A DNA stretch of 56,207 nucleotides, from positions 1 through 56,207 of the forward strand of contig JBJXGI010000046.1 in NCBI GenBank assembly GCA_046153645.1, written 5' to 3'. A model generated the notes under the pieces. It saw only the letters and a list, made by a program, of their open reading frames with translations. It was not told where the DNA came from and made no database searches. Shown here in pieces: positions 32,995-44,900 of the stretch (position 1 is the first letter of the stretch; the number at the start of each line of letters is the position of its first letter). Origin of the DNA: Elusimicrobiota bacterium (lineage in GTDB: Bacteria > Elusimicrobiota > Elusimicrobia > F11). Position numbers and translations under genes: made by a program.

Positions 32995-35900
32995 TTAAAC
33001 TTGGGAAGCTGCTAAGTTGTATACATCGTCCAAATTACTGATAAGGCTGGCAGGAGCTATTTGAACAACCATAGAATTCATTAAGTCATTGAGGACGGCG
33101 AAAAGGGCCAGGCGTTTTAAGTCTGATTCATTGAAGAATTGATCGTTGAGCCCTTGTTTTAACCAAGCTGGAATAAATACACGAGAAAAACCACTATCAA
33201 CAGTGGTGACCCATTCAGGTCGGGCTTGTTTTACAGCCGCTTCAATCTGCTTGAAGTTGGCATTGGGTTCTTGATAGGGAACTTGAATGACAATCATGTG
33301 CTCGGCTAAACCAGGCATTTTGGCTATTTCAGCCATGGCATAATTGTAAGCGTTCTCGTTATTTGCAATTAAAACTTCTTTTTGAAGCCTCACAGCGCCA
33401 GAAGTCTGCTGACGACGAGCAAAGGCAATTGAATTATTAATTTCTTTGCTACTTTGAACAAATCGATAGTTCAGGAGCATATCGGGAGTGATGTCTTTCG
33501 TGGTTTGATAAATACTTTCCATAGAGCCTGCGAGCATTTTTTCTTCAGCAGTCTGATCTCTCCTCATAAATAAATTCCAAATATTGCGCGCCATATTAAA
33601 ACGAACTCGCTGAACAAGGTCGGGATCTTGATCGTCTGTCATTGACTGGTTGAGGCGTTTATGCGCGTAGTGAGAAATATCGCCCCAATTATTTCCGGTT
33701 TTTTCTAGTTCATTATTTTTTATGGAGGATAAACCTAAGGAAATAGGTTGAGTTTTTAACACATTATTTAACTCTCTTATTAGAACAATGCGGTTTTTCT
33801 CGTTAGAGGACAGCGTTCGTACCACAGGGTCCTGAATTAATTTTCGGGCAGAGACCGTGTTAGGTAAGATGGCTAATTTTTGTAAGAGCGCCCAAGCAAG
33901 AATAACCACACTCGCAGCAATAACAAGAGGATTTGTAATAAATAAAAATGGCGCAGAAGCCAGTAACCCCATCCCCAATGTTCCTGTTCCAGCAGAAGCA
34001 GAAAAAGTTATAAAGCCCCATTTTTGAAGCATGACGGGCCAAACCAAATAAATAACAGTTAAGAATAAACCGCCAGCCAAAGTGGCCAGAAGAAGTGCCC
34101 TTAAAATTCGATATCGTAACGTAAACGAACTGGGTTTCTCGGCAGATACAACTCCCAATGTCACAACCGAGGCCAAACGTCGCGCCACAGTGGTTGTTTT
34201 TAAAGAGAAAATACTGAATAATTCTTGCATGTAAAGAGCAATAAAACGATGCGCGTCCCAGTTGTCCTGAATAAGATAAATACGGTTAGAAATTTGAACT
34301 GCGCGCGAATCGGCGGCTTCTATAGGGGCATTTAAGGCTTTGAGAACATCATCTGATTTCATATTTCCTAAATTACGACCTTCTCTTAAGTCGATTAAAA
34401 TATCTTTAATATTTTTATTCTTAATTTTTTGTTCTCTTAATAATTTCTCAAAAACATTCTGAACTTCAGGAATTCGAGAAATATTTTCGGGCGTGAGATC
34501 TTCTCGTGTCAGAACTTTAAATGTTCCTTGACCTTGTTTATATTGCTCATGCAACAAAGTCAGTCTGTGCTTAATATTCTGGAACAAGAAATAGCTGACG
34601 ATGATTCCGACCACTAAAACAAAAACAAACATAACAACCACGAGCATGGCTGCAATACCGGCTTCTTTTAACTGCACGACGAACAAATAGTTACCAATAT
34701 TATAACTGACCACACCAGCCACGGCTGCAATTGAAAACCACATGAGCCTAAACGAATTGGCTACAAAAGAACGGGTTAATACTGTCAGATAACGTGAATA
34801 AATCTCTTCTTTTTTTCCACCCGCCAAATCATCGGCAAGAGAAGGGTCAATAAACATGTTTAAGAGCCATAAACTGGGAGGGGCTTTCTTCGCGTCATCA
34901 TCTTCTTCTTTTTTTTGGCCAGCGGTGAGAATTTTTCGCTCTTGAGCCCCGATTTGAATCATAAACCAATTATTCATCACAAGGAGGAGAGCTACTAAGG
35001 ATAAAATAACACTCATCGCCAAAACCAAAATAGTTCTGATCGGATTTGCAACAAGAAATTTAACAATGGCTCGACCTAATTTGGCACGCCAAGATAAAGC
35101 CTCATAACCGGCTTTATCTTCAACCAAACCTAAGTTTCGAGCATTGTCTAAAAATTCCACAATAGAAGGGAAAACTTTATTAATGACAGGCGTCGCACCC
35201 AATACAAAAGCCAACATTAAAATGATCGTCTGAGTTACAACAATCCAAACAAATTGCAAAACAAAGAGCGCGACCATAGCGGCCAAGGACACAAAAAACC
35301 ACGGCCAAGAAATCACATTCAACATGAGAAGAACAGAAGGAAAAAGCATAATAACGGCTAAATGACTAAACGGTTTTCCTTGTCGCCCTCTCGGAATGGC
35401 CTTAAACACAGTGTAAGCGCCAAGAACAGCGGTTAAAACCAAACCACCCAACGCATTACCAATACCGGCATGACCATAAATTTCAGCAACAATAGCTGTA
35501 TTAAAGAGAAATGCCGTTATAAAACCAAGAATCGGCATCATCCAATGTAATTTTCCTTTTTCTCCAGTAACATTATCATGAATGAACGGAGCTAAAAATT
35601 GAGAGGTCACAATCATGAGCGGAAGCGCCAACATGACCACGTTAATAATATTCAATTGAATGAGTGCAAAATAATACAACGACACATAAAAAAATCCCGA
35701 AATAATCATTTCCCAATAAATAATAGGGGCTAAAAGTTTTTCTCTTTGTTGAGGAGTCGATTGGGGAGAGAGACCTTCCTTCGTCCATGGATCTATCACA
35801 GATCTTGTACTATCCGTGCCCAATTCACTTTGAAGCGATACCTGAAAAGCAAGCCCATAATCCGTCCCTAAAACAGCAGAACGTGCCCAGCCCACTGTTT

Positions 35901-38900
35901 CAATATTGTTTCCAGAAGCGTACACACTCACCCCCTTGGCAAAATTGGCCGCGCCAAGCGACCCACCCAAGAGAAGCCCACTAAGACGTGTATAACGAAG
36001 GATCCCATGCGCCGCTAAAATTTGCATAGCCAAAAACCCAAAGAGATACCAAAGCGCGTCAATCCCAACGAAAGGTGTCCAGTTCCGCAAAATAAGAACT
36101 CCCATAAGAGTGACTGTCGGATAAATAACAGGGCCTAACAAATAATATTCTTGACCATCGGCTCTGCCTTCTTTGTCAAAGAAAGAACCTCCTGAAAAAA
36201 TATCAATGGCTCCCACAAAAGGGCTTGCCAAAAGCTGAAACAACCCCATCACCCAACGCAAGCGAGCGTTATTAATACTGTAATGAGGGCCGCCTTCTCT
36301 GGCTTTTAAAGAGAAAAACCGCCACATTCGCCGGACAATACTTCGACCCACATCAGACTGCCCTTGATCCCCCAAAATAGAACCTAAATAATCTTCACTT
36401 TGATAAAAAAGACTAATACTACCCCCCACAGCACCAAACTTTTTTTTCATAAGGTTGTAACGTCCGGTACGAACAAGTTCTCTTGTCATGGGGCGAGTGG
36501 GATATTGCGGGTTCATCATTCCCACCATAACTGGGTACATAAAGCTGGTTCCCTGACTTGTACTCCACCCACAACCCAACGTATCCAAACGATTGAGCGC
36601 ATATATAGCTCTCTGAACGGAACTCGCTCCCCCCTCACCCATGAGAGCAATCATTGAATTAGCTCCACCACCTCTATGTCCTGCTGGTAACGCAGAATCA
36701 CGATCTGGAAAAACCAATGAAATATTTTGGTCTTGCATGACCGAAAATTTTTCGTCGGCCATGGTTTTGGGGTCGTCATAAATCATATTTCGGTCCCAAA
36801 TAAGGGTGTGAGCAACTTTTGAAAAATCGAATGTGCCTTCAACTTCAATTGTTTGGGTTTTCCCTGTTTCTGGATCTTTGACTGTTAATTGATGAGGTTG
36901 AACGAAACTTATCATAAGCCCTTGAACCGCGATGGCTTTAGATGCAAAGTCTCCCCCAACCTTCACACCAAAGGCCACTTTTTCGGTTTTTTCGGTTATA
37001 CGAGGATCATTTTTCTCTTTAACAAAATCGTCTTCTGTTTTACCGGTTGTAATAAAATTAATAAATTCCAAAAATTTGGAACGGTGAATAGATTCGGGGT
37101 CAGGATTTTCAGGGTTGGCTGTGGTAATGCCGAAATTATTTGGCAATAAAAACTTATTATTCGCTCGTTTATCTTTGGGAAGCGTGGCCCAGTATTTATA
37201 GTACTGCGCAATAGATACGGCTGTATCCATACTGGTCTCGCCATATTGTGCCGCAATCAAATATCTTAATTGAAATGCCATATTGAGAGCAGATTTTTCA
37301 GCAGGTGACATATTCCCATTTGGGTTTAATGAAAAATGCCTGGCGCTTTTTTCTAACTGTAGTAGAGGATCATAGAGAGTCATTTTTACATCTAATTCTT
37401 TTCTATGTAATTGGTTTAATAAATATTCCAAAACAAGATCGGCTGCCACACGACCATTTATTTCTTTTTGATTAAGCCGAACAAAAATAGGGCGAAACCC
37501 AAGAAAAGAAAGTTTTGATAACACCCGATCCATGGCAAAGGCTAAAGGTCCCACTGGCTCAAATAAAGAAGGGAGGTTATTGGCCCTTGTATATTCGTCA
37601 AAAAACTTGCGATTGGCAATCAACAAACTTTGCAGTCCTCTACCTCTGTTTTTTCGAGCGATAACGACATTTCTCATGAAATCATCTGTCGCCCCTTTCA
37701 GCCCTTTTGCGGGATCAAATACCGTACTTTTAATTGGGTCTAACCCCGCAAAAAGATCAAGGTAAATAGAACCTTCCGGATAAGGTATCGCGGTTGAGGC
37801 AATCATTATTCGCCGCACCAAAGCCATGAGCAGGTAAACTGAAACAAAAAATCCCAACACATAATATGACAAAGAAACCCCCGCTTTAGCCCCGGTGTAT
37901 TCTCCTTGAAACACCAAAAAGAGCGGAAGCATTAATATAATAGGAAGAACGGAATATCCCAGAGTCCAAGCCCATCTTGGTTTATGCCCGGCTTTGATAT
38001 AAGCCAGTAACCCATTAATAGCCGTCACCAAAATATACAACCCAACCAATATGGCAAACCCGGCGAAAGACCAAACGGCCACTTTACTGGCCCCCAGCAA
38101 AGTAAAGAAAAGAATGGCTGTTCCAATGGGGATAAAAGCGGCCACCCAACCAAATAATTTAACCTGGTCTCTCCTAAAAGGCTCCATCAAAAATTCGCCG
38201 AACATTTGAACAACTCCAGCAATAACAGTTAAGATCATTCTAAGCGCGTAACGAGACAGAATCATAATACTGATGAGGCTGGCCGTGGCCACCATAAGGC
38301 GCGTGTCATGTGGGGCCACTTGAGAGACAATAAACTGCACAATAAGCCCAATTGTGAAAATATGTTTCATCCCAATCCAGGTGATTATTTTGGGATCGTA
38401 ATTTCGAAGGTAATAATAACGTTTGGAAATCAAATCGCGCGCATTGCTAGACATCCAAGAAGGGTTATAGAAAGCAATAACTATTAAAATTCCAATAGCT
38501 GCAATAACCCAAGCAGCAACGGAAGAACCACTAATAATAAAAACAGGAATAATAAATCCAACACCAATTCCTAAAAAGACAATTCTCTTCAAGCTGCCCA
38601 TACGACCTTGCCAGTTTAAATAATTATCAACCCAATCCCAGTCAAAATGACGAATTATGCTTGCTAAGATAAAAGTAACAACCAATCCCGCCATGCTCAG
38701 AAGTTGCCCAGGGGAGGTAGACAGGTTATAGCTGGGCGTAAAAAATGTCCAAACGGTTAACCCCATCCCGATCACAAAAATAAAAAATACAATGGTTCGG
38801 ATATGAGAAGTTAAAATAGACCTAAAAGAAAGGCGCTGAACATAAGGGAAATGGTAAATAAAAGATCGGCTAAAAAGAGATTGGTTGTATCTGAGGCGAA

Positions 38901-41900
38901 TCAACGCTTCGAGCCCAAGGGCCACCATGAGCACCAGGCGAATAATGCCCACATCTTGCGTTCGTGAATCAATAAGAAATAAACCGGCCAAACCAATGAG
39001 AGAAAAAATGCCCCGGCCCCATCTTCCAATAGCTTTAGCTCTATTCACATTGGTCGTTCGGCCATAAGTAACCAATCGAATGAATAAATTACCAGCAATA
39101 GCGACAACGAAGATCATTGTTCCATAATAATTATGAGCAAGATTTAACACCTTGGGCAGAGAGTTATATATGGGGTCGACTCCAAATACCCCCACCCCAT
39201 GAAACACCGCAATGAGAAGTCCCGCAAAAAATAAATGAAAATACAGGTGATACATGAGTTTGACAGAACCATTGGTGGAATTATTCCCCAGCGAACTGTT
39301 TGGTTCGGTTTCGCGAAATTCTTTATGTTTACGTTCAAATGTGTTTTGGTCATACGTCCACTCAAAAACATTTTTCTGAATTTTCCTACCATTCTGATTT
39401 GATCGGACCTCTATGGTTTTTTCTCTCTCAACAAATCCCATTCGACTAAAAGCTTGATCAAATGTAATTTCATCTCCTCCACGTTCTTTTGGGAGTCCCA
39501 ATGCATCAGAAAAAGCCAAACGAAGCAATTCGCGAATTTCAAGCCAATAAAATTCCATGTCATCATAAACAAGAGAAGTGGTTTTTTCGTGGCTTTTTCT
39601 TGTTTCGGTGTAATAGTTTTTCTGTAGGAATGCTTTGTTTAAAGCATTGTCGTCCATCCACACTGTACCAGACCAGATAATGGTTAACTCAAAAAGTGCC
39701 GCCTTTTGTTCTGGGGAGAGAGAATCATCGCCGGCAAGCTTTGCTTGAATTAATGATCGTCTTTGTTGTTCAGATAAGGGGCGTTTCTGTTTTTTTGCTA
39801 GCTCTTTAAGTTCTGAAAAATTTGTGTATTTTTCTTTGAGTTCATTTCGAGATTGAAAAAAACCCCAATCATCATCCAACTGCTCTAATGCATTCCACAT
39901 CGCCACCAATTCCCTTAGCAATTCGCGTTGGTCGAGCGTGAGAGAATTATCAGCGTTAACAGATGGAATATCTTTATATTTATTTTTTAAATCTGGAATG
40001 GAAAGATTTAAGCCCAATGATGATACAAGCTGTTCTTGTTTTGTTGATACTTTTGTTAAGTCTTTAATATTTTCTGTTATTCCCAGATATTCATCGATTA
40101 AGGTTTTTTGATTCGAATTAAGATATTGATCACCTTTAACTTTTTTAAGTCTGTCTTCTAGTGAGTCTTCTTCTCTATAGCGTTCCAAAAGTTCTTCATC
40201 GGTTAAATTTAATCCAAGTTCATTTCGAATGGCACTTTTTCTAGCTACATAATCGTCATGATCGTTCTTTTTTTTGTCGATTTTGGCCAATTCCTCAACA
40301 AGTTGTGTATGTCGAGGAGTACCAAGCAGTCCATTTAAATCAGTATTAATTTTTTCTCTTCTGTTCTTTAAATGATCGAGGAACGAAGTTGGCCGCCACA
40401 AAGACAGCAATTTTTTCAAAAAGTTTTTCTGAGCAAAGTCCAAACTATTATCTACATCAATGGCAGCATCTTTTGGATATCGTTTAACTAAATCCTGTAT
40501 CGAAGCTCTTAACTGAACTTTCTCTAATAATTCTCTTTCTTTCAGAGACTCTCGTTCGGGATAGGTTGGTTTAACAAGGCCCGCATTTGCATTTCTTTGG
40601 AAGTGTTTCCATAATTTTTCCTCATTTTTAAAACGCCTCAAAACGATGCTCATGCGTTTTTCAGGAACAGGAAGCGCTATGTTGGCTTGAGAATAATCAC
40701 GCTCAAAATCACTCAGCTCTTTCTTCAGTATTTCTTCAATTGCATTTAAGTCAGTAGCTTGTGCTGTTGTAAGCCTTGTATATAATACAGCTAAGTCTTT
40801 TTCAAGCCAATCAAATGAATTAGTTCGAAGTGCATTTAAGGCTTTAAGCATGGCATCTTCCCGATTCATTTCTGGGTTCTTCTTAGAAAGTGCTGCGAAT
40901 TGATTTATTAATAATTTATAAACAGGACTTTGGTCGCTTCTATCCAATAAAGCTTTGGTGTCTACTTCGCCGATTCTAAAGGGGGTTTCGGGACGGCGTT
41001 TTCTCGCATTTAAATCTAATAATTTTTCAGAGAAGAATTCTTGTATACCGGCGAGCATTTTTTCAATTTGTTCTTTGGAAGGAACAATAGAACCGAAAGA
41101 GGTATAACTTGCATTTCCATCTAGTTCTAAAGAAAGATCTAACTCATCAGTATCCTGTTCGTCCTGAACAGGTGGGCCGGTAGCGTCTTCAAGTTTTGTG
41201 GTTTTAAATTGGGACTGTGCCATTCTTTCAATCACCACTGGTTCACTTAACAGCTGAAGCCAAAGATAACTGATCATCATATTGTAAATAAAAGACAATT
41301 CAGCAGCGCTGCGGTTTTTGCCATCCACAACTTTCCACATCAATTGATAATTATTAAGAGATGATGTTATTTCTTTTCCATTTTCTTTTTTCTTATAGGT
41401 CCATTTTCTAATACCAAGAACTTCTATTCCATAAACGCTCAATTTTTCTTGAACAAATCTGTGGATGAGTTTATCACCGGCACGGTCTTCGGCGCTTAAT
41501 GGTTTTCCTTCTTTTTGTGCCCGGTCGTCGTAAATATCTTGAAGAAGCTCCACCATTTCAGGAGGAAGCACGTCATATTCATCTAATTTATGAGAAACAC
41601 GGAACAGTCTTTTTCCGATAGCGCGTAACACCATGAAAATGGGAATCAAAGCTAACCCAACAGATGAAGCGAAAACCAACGTAACCGCCATTCCTAATAA
41701 TAATGTGCCCGTTACAAGAGGCCCAACAAAACGACCTCTTTTTGACATAGTCATGGAAAGTAAATAAGTCCCAACGTTCCAGAGGGTTACAATCAAATAA
41801 AACAAAGCCACAATAGCAGCCATTAAGGTAGCGCCATTTAACTGGCTAAAAAGCCGGTTTTCTAAACTTTCCCACGCAGTAATAAGGCGCCCACGGGTGC

Positions 41901-44900
41901 TGTCGTATTTAAGCTGCTCTACTTTAAAATTTGGATTCTGTAATCGACTTACTTCATCAATATTCAAGTTCGCCTCTTTATCAACCTCATCTGCCATGGG
42001 GGTCATCATGGGTTCTTGTTTGAGGGCCTTACGAACATGATCAGAGGCGTTAAGGTCTTCGCCCCACACTTTGGGCTCATTTTCTCTGCTAAGAAGTGGG
42101 TCCTTTTGCAGTGCTTGTGGTTTATCTTTGCCCAAAAAAGTATCGGGCCAAAAAGGCACTTCACTATTTGAATAATAAATATCATTCCCCACTCGAACGC
42201 CATTATTAAGAGACTCTGGGGCCAAACCAATAATGCTTGGCAAAAGTCCACCCTTGCCTTTGGAATAAGCATTGAGCGCCTGCTTAGCAATTTTTGTCAT
42301 TTCGTCTTCATCCATTCCCAAGGCATGGGCTACTTGTACGTAAAGAGCGGTTAAACGCACGTCAATGACATCAACCGATCCGTCGGGGGTTAGCGGTGTG
42401 AGCCCCCACACCTTTATTCCTTTATCCTCTACCCATACGCCGTGAACTTGGGCCACTTGGAGAAGCATATTTTTTAGATTCTTTTTAAATACCATCGCCT
42501 TCAAACGTTTAAAAAAAGAAACATCTTCAGCGTCCAAAGTCTTTCCATCTTCATCTACCATTTGGCTGCCGGCCATTAACGCATAGAGCGAGGAATAAGC
42601 ATTGGTTCTGTTTTCACGACTTAACTGATAAAAATCAAACTGAACACTTTTTTTGGTTCCATCTTTTAATGTGATTTCCCCTTTTGGACCTTCTGGTGTT
42701 TTGGCTCCCTCTACGCCTTCTGGAACACGGGTTTCGCGTACTCGTTCGGGAACTGAGCCATCACGTGCGTGAGCAAAAGCATTATCAATCAACCACTGCT
42801 GCTGAATGTTTCGACGCGCTTGAATATCATCTAATAAAGTCTGTAAACTAGTTTTAACAGTTGAGTTTTGGGCTGTACCAAGTGAGTTCTGTACAAATTT
42901 AGCCCATTCGCCAAGCCGCATCATGGCCAAAGCATTAGAGGTAATTTCATTTCCATCAGGAACTCTTTGCCCTTTAATAATGGTCCGCCCTAATGCTTTC
43001 CACTCAAAACCAGCGTCTGGCTGCCATTCCACAAAACCACGCGGCACTGTCGGCCCTTGTCGATATTCAGCTTTACCTGTTTCTAAATTAATGTATTTTT
43101 CAACAGCCTGGAAACGCACCAGATGTTGATAACATTTAATAAAAAGATCAAATGCTTTTGGATCGTTGGTTGATAACCATAACTGCATGGCAATATCGGC
43201 CCCATGAAGTTGGGCTTTTATCACGTTTTCCGCATTGCCCAGTCTGTCGTATTCTGGATATATTTTTTTGGGTTGCGCGTCAGCAATGTTGTAGGAATCA
43301 AAAAGTGGATTGTTTGCATCATCAATTAACGTAGAAAATTCTTTTAAAAACCCTTCTTTTTGTTCTTTAGTTCCATATTTTGCGAGTAATTCCACATAGG
43401 TTCGCAATTTTTCCGGTGTCACCAAATCTTTTACTTTTTCACCGGTTTCTGTTGGAGGAATAAATTTAAACGCACCGCCTTTTTTAATGCGGGCCACATA
43501 AGCATCAAAAATAGCTTTATCGATATTCTCTTCTTTCAGTTTATTTCGCTCGAAATGACGCATTGACTCAACCGAAGGATTTTCTCCGGTGAGTTTTGGA
43601 GCATGCGTCAGCGCAGGGTGAACAGTGGGTGTACGACCGATGACTTCTTCGACAGAAGCAGGGCTTACCAAAACAGGCAGAACCGGCCCTCTTAACTGAG
43701 CTATTCTATTTTCTTTTTTTCCTCCTACTGAAAATCGACCAACTAAGTTTGCAAATACGCTCGCCTGCGCTCCTTCTGGAGTTAAAAGTTTGGCGAGAGA
43801 AGTATCAGTGTCACTGGAAATTTTAAAACCAGCCGGCGTTCCAAAGAAAATAGCGGCTAAATTTTGTTCCGGCAGTCCTTTACTATCTAATTTAAATTGG
43901 CTGGTAGAAATATCATAAACAAGGAGTTTCATGGCTCCGCTATAACCATTGTCACGCAGGTAAAAAATAACCGTGTTTTCTTTTTCATTATAAACATAGG
44001 CGTAAACACCGGCCGACCAACCGGAATTCAAATCAGTAATATTGGCCACAGGCCCTGAATAACCAGGAGAATTATTCGGTAAATGGTTAACAGAAACGCC
44101 CACCACCTTTTTTCCTTCCTGTAAAGGGAAATTGGTTTGAGTTAATTGACCATGAATAAACACTTGTGATGTTCGCATCCATTTTCCATTTTCCGTTAAA
44201 CGCAAGGGACCAAAACTGACTGTTGTGTCTCCACGAGAACCATGATGTACGGTGACAGGTTCTGTGAGGGGTGTTAATACTTTTTTGCCACCAACCACTT
44301 CCACTCGACGGGACTGGGGAACACCCAAACCCACTTGAGAACCCGGCAACTGAAAACCAATCACATCACCCCTATAAACAAATGGATCCTGACTATCTGA
44401 ATCCATTTTTACTCCGATACTGGCAATTTGAGAAACGTCCAAACCCATCGCAGTTAAATCAGCTACTGTAATAAATAAAAATTCGCTGCCCTTATTTGTA
44501 TCTAAAGAGCGAGAAAAACCTCTCATCGGATTAGTGCCACCTCCGGCCAATTTGCCATTGGGTAATCTGACAAATTGTGGGTTAACTGACATTTCGCCGA
44601 TGGTTGAAAAACGCATGTTTCCATCTTTACCAATAACCACATCACTGCCAGCTTTATCTTTTATGGTCACTGTAATATCTAAATTTGGGTCCATCCAACC
44701 TTGACCAGAAGCTCTACGAACAGGAATGGCCACCATAAATCGGTCTGACCAATTTTCATCTCCTACGGGCACTCCAAATTGAGTTGATTTCCCATCTTTT
44801 CCGCCGACACCATATGTCTGCCAACTGTTTTCTTGTGGCGTAAATTCGAGAATATCAACTGTGTTCCTATTTCCATTCTCAGCAAAAACTTGTGTTCTGG

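Noticed and set aside
31982..33038. Diversity-generating retroelement template/variable repeat pair at the giant gene's 3' end
   Set aside because: The match is only about 47 nt with an indel, differences are not confined to adenines, and there is no reverse transcriptase in the window
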